A model generated the notes under the pieces. The model did no database searches. It was not told the DNA's origin and worked only from the letters and a program-made list of their open reading frames with translations. Shown here in pieces: positions 56,829 to 64,000 of a DNA stretch of 64,000 bases. A program made the position numbers and the translations under genes. This DNA comes from an uncultured archaeon (GTDB taxonomy: Archaea; Aenigmatarchaeota; Aenigmatarchaeia; QMZP01; QMZT01), in assembly GCA_964441265.1 (NCBI GenBank), contig CAYYKJ010000003.1, positions 23,428 to 87,427 of the forward strand, in the 5' to 3' direction. Each line of letters begins with the position of its first letter. Positions within the stretch are counted from its first letter, which is position 1.

Positions 56829-56940
56829 TCCCTTTTGGTCCCACGCTTTTGTCGGGAAAAGGAAAAGCGTGGAGTGGAAGCGGTCAGCTCCCTTTTGGTC
56901 CCACGCTTTTGTCGGGAAAAGGAAAAGCGTGGAGTGGAAG
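56829..56940. repeat. Two identical tandem copies of a 52-bp unit (period 60 bp, 8-bp spacer). Each unit contains a 10-bp-stem hairpin.
   Basis: tcccttttggtcccacgcttttgtcgggaaaaggaaaagcgtggagtggaag occurs twice. The internal palindrome is CCACGCTTTT/AAAAGCGTGG. Confidence 0.6.
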
Positions 56941-56946
56941 AATGAA

Positions 56947-57181
56947 TGGGCCCGACGGGAATTCCGAACAGCGGATCCCTTCTTTTGGGATCTCCTTCCT
57001 TTCGGAAGGGCTGATTCGAACCCGCGACTCCCGGATGTCTTTCTGTCATCCGCCCGTGAGGGCGTCAGCATACTTTTATGCCCAGATAAAAGTTTCACAC
57101 GTCCAGGAAAAACCCGAGTTTCCTTGGAAACCGGTGCTCTAATCCCCATCCTCGGGGGATTCCAGGCTGAGCTACGAGCCC
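56947..57181 (-). tRNA. tRNA-Trp(CCA)-like gene, 235 nt, with predicted introns in the D-loop (20 nt), the anticodon loop (about 90 nt) and the T-loop (about 53 nt)
   Basis: GGGCTCG-TA-GCTC-AGCCTGG[AATCCCCCGAGGATGGGGAT]TA-GAGC-A-CCGGT-TTCCAA|...|TCCGG-GAGTC-GCGGG-TTCGAAT|...|CCCGT-CGGGCCC-A. Removing the 20 nt restores a canonical D-arm. The T-stem pairs GCGGG/CCCGU. The acceptor pairs GGGCTCG/CGGGCCC. The 31:39 pair is U-U, so the anticodon-stem junction is uncertain. Confidence 0.4.
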
Positions 57182-57183
57182 AA

Positions 57184-57255
57184 CGCCTCGGCCGGGATTT
57201 GAACCCGGGTCCTGGGAGTGACAGTCCCAGATGATAACCACTACACTACCGAAGC
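57184..57255 (-). tRNA. tRNA-Asp(GUC), 72 nt, no encoded CCA
   Basis: GCTTCGG-TA-GTGT-AGTGGTTA-TCAT-C-TGGGA-CTGTCAC-TCCCA-GGAC-CCGGG-TTCAAAT-CCCGG-CCGAGGC-G. Only 2 nt separate it from the downstream Trp-like gene. The D-stem has one mismatch. Confidence 0.75.
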
Positions 57256-57327
57256 ATTAATTCCGGACTGACTGATGTCTTCTTTATTTATTTACAAATT
57301 TAAATATATTCTTATTCGTGGTTTCTT

Positions 57328-57678
57328 ATGGAAGACAGGCTGGAGACGATGTTCAGGGAACAGGAAAAACTGGACGATTACATAAGAAAATCAAGGGAAA
57401 AGCAGGGATCAGGATACCAGTATTCGGAGAAGGAATGGATAGACAGGCTCACCACCGCCATGATAGAGGAAGCGATGGAGATAAAGGAACATTCCGACTG
57501 GAAATGGTGGAAGAAGCCCATGGATTTCAGCAGGGAGGATCTCAAGGAGGAACTGGCCGATCTCCTCCATTTCTGGCTGTCCCTGTGCCTGAAGCTGGGA
57601 TTGACCCCCGAAGAAATGTTCGAGAAGTACATGAAAAAGAACCGCAAGAACGCCGAGAGGCAGGACAGGGGGTATTGA
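57328..57678 (+). CDS. MazG-like nucleotide pyrophosphohydrolase (dimeric dUTPase-like)
   Basis: EEAMEIKE...E...EELADLLHF all-alpha NTP-PPase motifs. 116 aa. Confidence 0.65.
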   Translation: MEDRLETMFREQEKLDDYIRKSREKQGSGYQYSEKEWIDRLTTAMIEEAMEIKEHSDWKWWKKPMDFSREDLKEELADLLHFWLSLCLKLGLTPEEMFEKYMKKNRKNAERQDRGY

Positions 57679-57712
57679 CAATATCTCTTGGTTCACGAAG
57701 ATATTTATCAAA

Positions 57713-59434
57713 TTATCCGTGTTTTTCGTGCTTTGGGTGCTCATGTTTCATTTTGGTTCTCGTTTTCAAATGATTGATGTGATTCGTTTTCTCTTTAAGA
57801 AATCCATTTAAATTCATACCGTACTTGGATATAAGCGTTGAAGCATGCTGACCTCCTAAAAAATACGGCATTAAAACGTACGTTGCCCCGTTTTCGTACA
57901 ATTTAAGTGCCTCGTCAATTTGATGGCACACGATTATTACTATTGAGTCTTTGTTGGATTCTCTCACCTTTTTTATCAGCAGCAAACTGGTTTCAACGTC
58001 GGGGATTGTTGAAATTATCATTTTTGTTCTTGAGAAATCCAGTTTATTCAACAAATCTATGTCATTAGCATCGCCATATCTGCATTCATAACCCTCACTC
58101 GCAAGCTTGGTGATCACTTCGGGATCATAATCGACAATGAGAAACTTCTTCTTGAGATTCTTGATGGAACCCAGCAGGCTGAAACCTATCCTGTCATATC
58201 CGAACAAAATGATGTTATATTTTTTGCCCTCGTGGTGAATATGTTCATCGATTTTTCTTCCTCTTCTTTCAAAAATACCAAGATATTTGGAAATATGAGA
58301 ATATAATTTGTTTGAGTGCATTATCATATATGTGGAGCCAAGGATTGTCATCAGTCCTATCGCAGTCACCATCGACAGTATTTCATTTGAAACATGGCCC
58401 ATTTTCACTCCCAGGGCCACCACTATGAGGGAAAACTCGCTTATTTGGGCCACGGTCAATCCGGCCATAAACCCGTTCCGTTTCGTGTATTTGAGCAGGC
58501 CCATCAGAATCATCACTATGAGCGGGTTTCCCACCAGAACGAATGCTGAAAAAACCGCAACAGGGAGCAGAAACTCTGAAATGTTCACGAAAATCATCTG
58601 GGACCCGAGCAAAACAAAAAAGAAAAGGATGAAGAAGTCCCTGAGCACGTTCATTTTTAATTTAATTTCATAGTGGTAGGGAGATATGGACAGTGATATT
58701 CCCGCAAGCAACGCCCCGATTTCTATTGACAGGTTCAAATAATCGAAAGCAACAGCCAGCAATAACAGCCATCCTATAGAAAAGAGTAATAAAAATTCCT
58801 GATATCTGCTGATTGCTTCAGTAATTCTGGGCAAGACAAAAATGCTGAACACTGAAATGAATGCCAATATCCCTGCTCCGATGAAAATATTCTCTACGGT
58901 AAGCGTTAGAATATCAAATCCGCTTGTGAAAGAGGATATCATCATTAAAATTATTATTGCGGTCACATCCTGCACAATGAGAAAACCCACTGATATCCTG
59001 CCGTAAAGGGTCTGCAGATCGCCTTTGTCCGAAAGGAGTTTCACGATAATTATAGTGCTGCTGAAGGTCAGAGCTATAGCAACATAGAGGGCAGTGATAT
59101 CAGAAAAACCAAAGAATTTTGAAATAAAAAAACCTATAATGGTGGTGAATAATATTTGACCTACTCCCGTTATGAGAGAAACCTTTCCAACGTTCTTCAT
59201 CACCTTCGGGTTCAGGCTGAGCCCTGCAATAAACAAAAGGAAAACCACCCCGAACTGGGAAAGAGTCGCTACTATGTCAGCGGACTTGACAATATTCAGA
59301 AACAGGGGCCCCGCAACAATACCTGTGATTATGTAACCTACTATGAGGGGTTGTCTAAGCAGTTTCATAAGTCCGGAGACAAAAACAGCAAGAATGATAA
59401 TTAAGCTTATCTCGATAAACATGCTTTCAATCAT
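57713..59434 (-). CDS. CPA2-family K+/H+ antiporter (Kef-type) with a C-terminal RCK/KTN domain
   Basis: About 12 TM helices and a TrkA-N-like domain (ILFGYDRIGFSL...DANDIDLLNKL). Confidence 0.75.
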   Translation of the reverse strand: MIESMFIEISLIIILAVFVSGLMKLLRQPLIVGYIITGIVAGPLFLNIVKSADIVATLSQFGVVFLLFIAGLSLNPKVMKNVGKVSLITGVGQILFTTIIGFFISKFFGFSDITALYVAIALTFSSTIIIVKLLSDKGDLQTLYGRISVGFLIVQDVTAIIILMMISSFTSGFDILTLTVENIFIGAGILAFISVFSIFVLPRITEAISRYQEFLLLFSIGWLLLLAVAFDYLNLSIEIGALLAGISLSISPYHYEIKLKMNVLRDFFILFFFVLLGSQMIFVNISEFLLPVAVFSAFVLVGNPLIVMILMGLLKYTKRNGFMAGLTVAQISEFSLIVVALGVKMGHVSNEILSMVTAIGLMTILGSTYMIMHSNKLYSHISKYLGIFERRGRKIDEHIHHEGKKYNIILFGYDRIGFSLLGSIKNLKKKFLIVDYDPEVITKLASEGYECRYGDANDIDLLNKLDFSRTKMIISTIPDVETSLLLIKKVRESNKDSIVIIVCHQIDEALKLYENGATYVLMPYFLGGQHASTLISKYGMNLNGFLKEKTNHINHLKTRTKMKHEHPKHEKHG

Positions 59435-59448
59435 TCACAAACCTCAAA

Positions 59449-59868
59449 TTACTTTTTTGCTTTAACCAGTCCGTACACCAATTCGAATGCATCAAGCTCA
59501 CCGACAAGTTTCCCCTTTTCGCACACAGGTATGTCCTGAATCTTGAAAACCTTGGCTACCCTCAGAGCGTCCTCCAGATCATCATCCAGCGTTACAGTTT
59601 CAGGCTCAATCATCACATCTTTTGCCGTTTTTATGGCCTTCTTTCCGAGAAAAAAAATAATCTTATTCGGACCTATGTCAGGTCTTACGCATTTAAATAT
59701 TTCATTGGTCGTTATTACGCCGATTAGTTTATTGGAATTGCCCACTACGTATACGTTTCTCCTTCCTCTGTCTTTAATGAAAATATCTATAACTTTGTCT
59801 ATTGGTTTGTCCGGATTTACTGTTTTTACTTTATCTGAAAACGCCCTATAAACATCCCCCACTTTCAT
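59449..59868 (-). CDS. CBS-pair domain protein
   Basis: Two CBS motifs (VYVVGNSNKLIGVIT...; VCEKGKLVGELD). 139 aa. Confidence 0.7.
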   Translation of the reverse strand: MKVGDVYRAFSDKVKTVNPDKPIDKVIDIFIKDRGRRNVYVVGNSNKLIGVITTNEIFKCVRPDIGPNKIIFFLGKKAIKTAKDVMIEPETVTLDDDLEDALRVAKVFKIQDIPVCEKGKLVGELDAFELVYGLVKAKK

Positions 59869-60504
59869 ATTTTTTTCTCCCCTAAGGTATGATTTATTAT
59901 TTGAAGGCGTCTGTATATAAGTTTACGAGTTTCCCGATTGTCCAATTAAGAAATACCGAACATCCGCAGAAAATGTCATATAACTTTCAAACAAAATATC
60001 GTTGTGTCAGATGAAAAATTTGCCAGGGCAATGAGAACATAATTGAGAGGGGATGTTCTGCACACACTGGATGAAAAAGGATCCGTTTCGGTGCATGAAA
60101 TAAAAAATGAACTGGGAATAGCAGAATCCCGTCATCAAGAAATCTTAAATTTCTCCATGATCTGGGTTCAGCGTATTTTGGAAAAAACATCCTGAAAAGC
60201 TCTACTCCCTGAAGCTTAAAGAAATCGGTGAATTGTTCAGGGTTTTATGACAAAATTGCTGAAAGAATGGAAAATAAACAAAGCTGCGTTTTAAATCAAC
60301 GATGATCATCACAAAAAAACCCAAAACAATAATAACATGGTGATTTGTCACCGGAACCGGTCACACGGTCACAATTACATCCGTTACCAAAACAGTCACA
60401 GAGATACTGTTTTTTTTATCGCTGTCGGGAACAGAAAATAGTCTAGATGAATTTTGGATTTTATTCCCACTCAAGCATGGAACAAAATACCACGTTAAGC
60501 TGTT

Positions 60505-60534
60505 TGAAAACTAAAATGAAGCGGGTAACCCCGC
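60505..60534 (-). terminator. Hairpin (GCGGG-GUUA-CCCGC) plus U-tract downstream of the 5S rRNA
   Basis: The minus strand reads ...CAGGCGGGGUUACCCGCUUCAUUUUAGUUUUC immediately after the 5S 3' end. Confidence 0.45.
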
Positions 60535-60544
60535 CTGAAAATTA

Positions 60545-60712
60545 GGGAGCAGCGTTCTGGATTTCCCACCTATCACCGCCGAAAGAAACAGGCACGCCTG
60601 TTTCCTGCGAAACCCGAAACCTCCGGTTTCGGCAGTAATTCCCAGACCGCGGGGAGTCTTAACTTCTGTGTTCGAAATGGGAACAGGTGATCCCTCCCGC
60701 TTTGGCCGCTCG
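60545..60712 (-). rRNA. rrf: 5S rRNA, orphan gene, with an extended helix IV region (about 165-170 nt)
   Basis: Minus strand GAGCGGCCAAAGCGGGAGGGAUCACCUGUUCCCAUUUCGAACACAGAAGUUAAGACUCCCCGCGGUCUGGGAAUUACUGCC... aligns to archaeal 5S helices I-III, loop C and loop E (compare GCGGCCAUAGCGG...CCCAUCCCGAACACGGAAGAUAAGCC...AGUACUG). Helix V closes as GCGGUCUGG/CCAGAACGC and helix I as GAGCGGC/GCUGCUC. About 45 extra nt lie between the loop E strands. Confidence 0.6.
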
Positions 60713-60734
60713 ATATTCTAATTGCCGGGCAAGG

Positions 60735-60742
60735 TTTATAAA
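60735..60742 (-). promoter_or_regulatory. TATA box (TTTATAAA) about 25 bp upstream of the 5S rRNA 5' end
   Basis: Seen in the sequence and correctly spaced for an archaeal promoter. Confidence 0.45.
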
Positions 60743-61344
60743 TCTTATTCCTCCATCAGAAGAGCGGCCTTCATGGTCCCCTGTGGCATGAATCCATCGC
60801 GGAGTTATAGGTCTTGAAGTCGATTTCATCCATCCCGATGGTACCGGGATTGGGTCTGAAAGAGCTTCCGTATATGTTTTTTTCGATTTGGGACTCGAAT
60901 CCGCGATTCCAGATTCCCCCCACGTAGCTTTTCTTTGTTACTGTCATTTTTTTCACCTCCTTTTTTCGAAACACGTTTGCAGGGAGATCATACCGGATCT
61001 AGAATCAGCGCCCCTCCAGACCCGGGTAACCCCCTGGATCTAGATGAGCAGTATGATAACGACTAGGATAAGCAGGAGCAGCATCACCGGGATTTCTTTT
61101 ACTTGATCCATAGCCGTTACCTCTTGAGAGCAGAAGAGAAACCGTAGAATTCCAATCCGCGGCATCCCTTCCGCGGATTTATGCGAGCAGTATGATGCCG
61201 AGGACAGGGCTGGCCATGACATCTTCAAAATGCATGTTTAGCGAACCGTCCCCGCGCATGATTACCTGAAAAACATTACGTTGCGCACTTATTTAAACAT
61301 TTTCTCCAGAAAAAACTGGACATTCCGGGGGAAATTAACAAAAA

Positions 61345-62067
61345 ATGTTTTTAGATATATTTTTTAAGGTTTTGCATAGAAGACTATTAATGGTACAGGT
61401 GGCCGTGAAAAAACGTGCCGGTAAGGCGGAAACGGGAATGGAACACTTGACCCGGAGAATAAGCTACCTCAGGGGAACGGAGATCGGCAACATAATTTCT
61501 GAGCGAATGAATCATTTCAGGGAGAAGAGCGAAAAGGAGAACGAGGAATGGTTCTCCGAGATGTGCTTCTGCCTTCTAACTGCCAACTCCACCGCCAGGC
61601 TGGGAATATCCATACAGAACGACATCGGTTTCGACGGGTTCTTCCACATGCCCCAGGGACACCTTTCATCCTATCTGAAGGGAAGGGGCCACAGGTTCTG
61701 GGGGAAGAGGGCGGAATTCATCGGGTGCGCCAGGGAGCACAGGAACGTGAAGGACACCCTCAGCGAAATGAACGATCCAGTAATGATGAGGGACTGGGTG
61801 GTCCAGAACGTCAAGGGACTCGGATTCAAGGAAGCGAGCCATTTCCTGAGAAATGTGGGACAGAAGGATCTCGCCATAATAGACAGGCACGTCCTCGACG
61901 TTATGCAAGGATTCGGGATGATAGAGGAGAAGCCAAAGACGCTGACCCCGAAAAGGTACGTTGAATTAGAAAACAAGCTCAAGGTCCTCGCCGAAAAGGT
62001 GGGAATGAGCATGGCGGAACTTGATCTCTATTTGTGGTACATGAAAACCGGAGAAATACTGAAATAA
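61345..62067 (+). CDS. ogg: HhH-GPD N-glycosylase/DNA lyase (archaeal Ogg2-like 8-oxoguanine glycosylase). The true start is probably the internal Met MEHLTRRI.
   Basis: VKGLGFKEASHFLRNVG...IIDRHV helix-hairpin-helix plus the catalytic Lys/Asp pattern. Confidence 0.55.
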   Translation: MFLDIFFKVLHRRLLMVQVAVKKRAGKAETGMEHLTRRISYLRGTEIGNIISERMNHFREKSEKENEEWFSEMCFCLLTANSTARLGISIQNDIGFDGFFHMPQGHLSSYLKGRGHRFWGKRAEFIGCAREHRNVKDTLSEMNDPVMMRDWVVQNVKGLGFKEASHFLRNVGQKDLAIIDRHVLDVMQGFGMIEEKPKTLTPKRYVELENKLKVLAEKVGMSMAELDLYLWYMKTGEILK

Positions 62068-62075
62068 TAAAAAAT

Positions 62076-63557
62076 CTATCTGAGGAACTCGGCCAGTAGG
62101 CGCACACCGAAGCCGGTCGCGTTCTTGGGCTGATAGCTCCTCTGTTTCTCATACCATGCGGTCCCGGCTATGTCCAGGTGAACCCACTTCTTTGATTTTA
62201 TGAACTTCTTCAGGAACATTCCGGCGGTTATCATCCCCCCGTATCTGCCCCTCTTGTAGCCGAGGTTCTTGACATCGGCTATTTCCCCCTTCATCTCGTC
62301 CGAATATTCCTTGTAAGAGGGCATCCTCCATACCCTCTCGTAGGTCTCCTCTCCTGCCTTGGACATTTTCTCCGCGATTCCGTCGTCATTTGATAGCATC
62401 CCGGCAGCATATTCCCCGAAGGAAACCATGCAGGATCCGGTCAGCGTGGCCATGTCTATTATGGTATCCGCCTTCATGTCTTTCTCCGCATAGGCCATTG
62501 CATCCGCGAGTATGAGCCTCCCTTCCGCATCGGTATCGACTATCTGGACCGTTTTCCCCGAATAGGACTTGATCACGCTGCCCTGCTTGAACGACTTGGG
62601 CCCCACCATGTTCTCCGCCAGGGGCATCAGGCCTATCACGTTCTTCCTGATCTTCAGATCGGCTACGGTCTTCATTATGCCGAGTACTGTGATAGCTCCG
62701 GCCTTGTCCATGCGCATGTTCTCCATGTAGGGAGACGGCTTTATGTCCAGGCCGCCGGAATCGAAGGTGACCCCCTTGCCGACCAGAGCTGTCTTCTTTT
62801 TAGTCTTTGATCCGGTGTACTCAAGGACCACCAGCTTGGTCCCGTATCTGGAGCCCTTGCCGACCGCAAGCAGAAGGTTCATACCCTTTTTTCTCAGTTT
62901 TTTCTCGTCGAGTATGCTTATCCTGAGCTTTGTCTTCCCGGCCAGTCCTTCCGCTATCCTGGCTATCCTGTCCGGGTTCATGACGTCGCTGCCCTCGTTC
63001 ACCATGTCCCTGACCCAGTTCGTGTTCTCGCATGTTACCTTGGCGTCACGAGCGGCCTTCTTGACCCTCTCTATGTCCGGAAAGTTGTAGTATATTGTGA
63101 ACTCCTTGATATCTTTCTTTTTCTTCTTCTCCTCCTTCTTGTATTTGTCGAAGGAGTAATCTCCCAGGATTATTCCCTCCACAATCGCGGTTACTGCGCT
63201 CTTCTTCTGTATCTTACCGGACTTCTCGAAGAATACGGAAAAACCGTTCAGCTTGAGGGATTTTGCGACTCCCAAGGCAAGACAGGAGATTTTGCGTATG
63301 ACTTCCGGATCGAGCTTCTTTTCCTTTCCCAGCCCGATCAGAAGTATCCTCTTCTTACCGCCGACGTTTCTGAGAAGCGCGGTTTTCCCCTCCTCCCCGG
63401 TGAAGTCCTTTGAATTGACCAGATCGGAAATCTCCTTGTACTGGTGGCTCTTGTCCTTCATCTTCTTCACCTCTTCCTCGGTGAAGAAGAGAGCAAGCAT
63501 GCCGGATCTTATTCTGGAAAGACTCTGTTTCTCTATGAACATCCTCATGGAAATCAC
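62076..63557 (-). CDS. pepA: Leucyl aminopeptidase (M17 family)
   Basis: NTDAEGRL and VGKGVTFDSGG motifs. Confidence 0.85.
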   Translation of the reverse strand: MISMRMFIEKQSLSRIRSGMLALFFTEEEVKKMKDKSHQYKEISDLVNSKDFTGEEGKTALLRNVGGKKRILLIGLGKEKKLDPEVIRKISCLALGVAKSLKLNGFSVFFEKSGKIQKKSAVTAIVEGIILGDYSFDKYKKEEKKKKKDIKEFTIYYNFPDIERVKKAARDAKVTCENTNWVRDMVNEGSDVMNPDRIARIAEGLAGKTKLRISILDEKKLRKKGMNLLLAVGKGSRYGTKLVVLEYTGSKTKKKTALVGKGVTFDSGGLDIKPSPYMENMRMDKAGAITVLGIMKTVADLKIRKNVIGLMPLAENMVGPKSFKQGSVIKSYSGKTVQIVDTDAEGRLILADAMAYAEKDMKADTIIDMATLTGSCMVSFGEYAAGMLSNDDGIAEKMSKAGEETYERVWRMPSYKEYSDEMKGEIADVKNLGYKRGRYGGMITAGMFLKKFIKSKKWVHLDIAGTAWYEKQRSYQPKNATGFGVRLLAEFLR

Positions 63558-63698
63558 ACGTTATTTCGGAAGACGGCTTTGTCCAATCGGTTCAATCCGC
63601 CACCTGCTATTTCGGAAGACGGCTTAATGCACCCGGTTCAGGCCGTCATGCGCTACGTTATATTATAATATTCTTTTTGGAATATTAATGTTCCTGCA

Positions 63699-64000
63699 TC
63701 AGCCACCCATTTTCCTGAATTTATTCTGCATGAGAATTGCGTCCTGCTCTATGTTCGGGCTCTCGGAAATGACGACTCCCCTTATCCCGAATTCCTTCCA
63801 GGCCCTGAGCATCTCCATGTAATTTAATCCCGAATCCCCGAGGGGAAGGTGGTTCCTTTCACCCTTAGGTCCGTACCTTATTCCCGACATGTGGATGTGC
63901 ATATTGCGTATCGCCTCTTTTCCGAGACCCCTTTCTATTTTCCCGAGCACCCCGCAAAAACCATCGTAACTGTTGATCTTCCCTGTGCTCCTCGCGTGGA
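63699..64000 (-). CDS. nfo: Endonuclease IV (Nfo, AP endonuclease family 2), C-terminal part. The gene continues beyond the window end.
   Basis: ...HARSTGKINSYDGFCGVLGKIERGLGKEAIRNMHIHMSGIRYGPKGERNHLPLGDSGLNYMEML... The frame stays open to position 64000. Confidence 0.6.
   Translation of the reverse strand, partial: HARSTGKINSYDGFCGVLGKIERGLGKEAIRNMHIHMSGIRYGPKGERNHLPLGDSGLNYMEMLRAWKEFGIRGVVISESPNIEQDAILMQNKFRKMGG

Noticed and set aside
56829-56940. A possible mini-CRISPR array
   Set aside because: There are only two repeats, each 52 bp, with an internal 10-bp palindrome and an 8-bp 'spacer'. The nearest cas remnants are 48 kb away. The geometry is wrong for CRISPR.
59990-60190. A possible small wHTH regulator (…VLHTLDEKGSVSVHEIKNELGIAESRHQEILNF…)
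   Set aside because: It has no ATG start (only a TTG), is preceded by an in-frame stop, and has no RBS. It is probably a gene fragment or chance ORF and was not listed as a feature.
60420-60740. First read as a possible SRP (7S) RNA on the plus strand because of a GGGAGCAGC string resembling the helix 8 motif
   Set aside because: Reverse-complementing the region gives an unmistakable 5S rRNA alignment (helices I-III, loop C, loop E). The GGGAGCAGC is just the 3' strand of 5S helix I. No helix 5-like long-range pairing was found.

Overview
This 64 kb window reads as an archaeal chromosome segment, probably a Thermoplasmatota-like euryarchaeon, with about 50% GC and heavy ATA, AGG and AAG codon use. 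Archaeal hallmarks seen in the sequence are TFB, Topo VI A and B, aIF-1A, aIF-5A, MBF1, Pelota, a split RpoB, and archaeal-style TATA boxes with T-tract terminators.

The core gene content is ordinary housekeeping. An RNA polymerase operon runs rpoH, rpoB'', rpoB', rpoA' and rpoA'' on the minus strand and is followed directly by ribosomal proteins L6 and L32e. Other recognisable genes include hisS, an aspartate racemase, Topo VI, Trm1, an archaeal-type PEP carboxylase, aspartate aminotransferase, agmatinase, UppP, a TrkH and a Kef-type K+ transporter, leucyl aminopeptidase, an Ogg2-like glycosylase and endonuclease IV. A complete lower mevalonate pathway cluster (mevalonate kinase, a bacterial-type phosphomevalonate kinase, diphosphomevalonate decarboxylase, IDI-2) carries extra embedded Nudix, HAD, methyltransferase and unknown genes.

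The accessory and unusual content is more interesting:
- A decayed type I-B-like CRISPR-Cas locus sits at 3.1-8.5 kb. A Cas6 N-terminus is fused in frame to a Cas3 C-terminal helicase fragment. A second, degraded cas4 start lies in the adjacent gap. Downstream is a compact operon made of an intact solo cas4 flanked by two different AAA+ ATPases that each carry a C-terminal PD-(D/E)xK-like domain, ending in a Cas1 N-terminal fragment. No CRISPR array is present.
- rpoA'' carries a LAGLIDADG intein of about 460 aa and an unusual C-terminal lysine-rich tail of about 120 aa.
- Several tRNA genes carry introns. tRNA-Phe has a T-loop intron. A 235-nt tRNA-Trp-like gene, fused 2 nt after tRNA-Asp, appears to have three introns. 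A 234-nt tRNA-Asn-like gene could not be resolved.
- An orphan 5S rRNA gene has an expanded helix IV region and its own TATA box and hairpin terminator.
- A tandem 52-bp repeat containing a hairpin lies between the tRNA genes and the rpo promoter.
- Other items: a Doc/Fic toxin, small zinc-ribbon ORFs, a pilin-like protein, and a possible structured RNA at 36.1-36.3 kb.

All calls come from reading motifs in the provided translations and sequence. No database searches were run.
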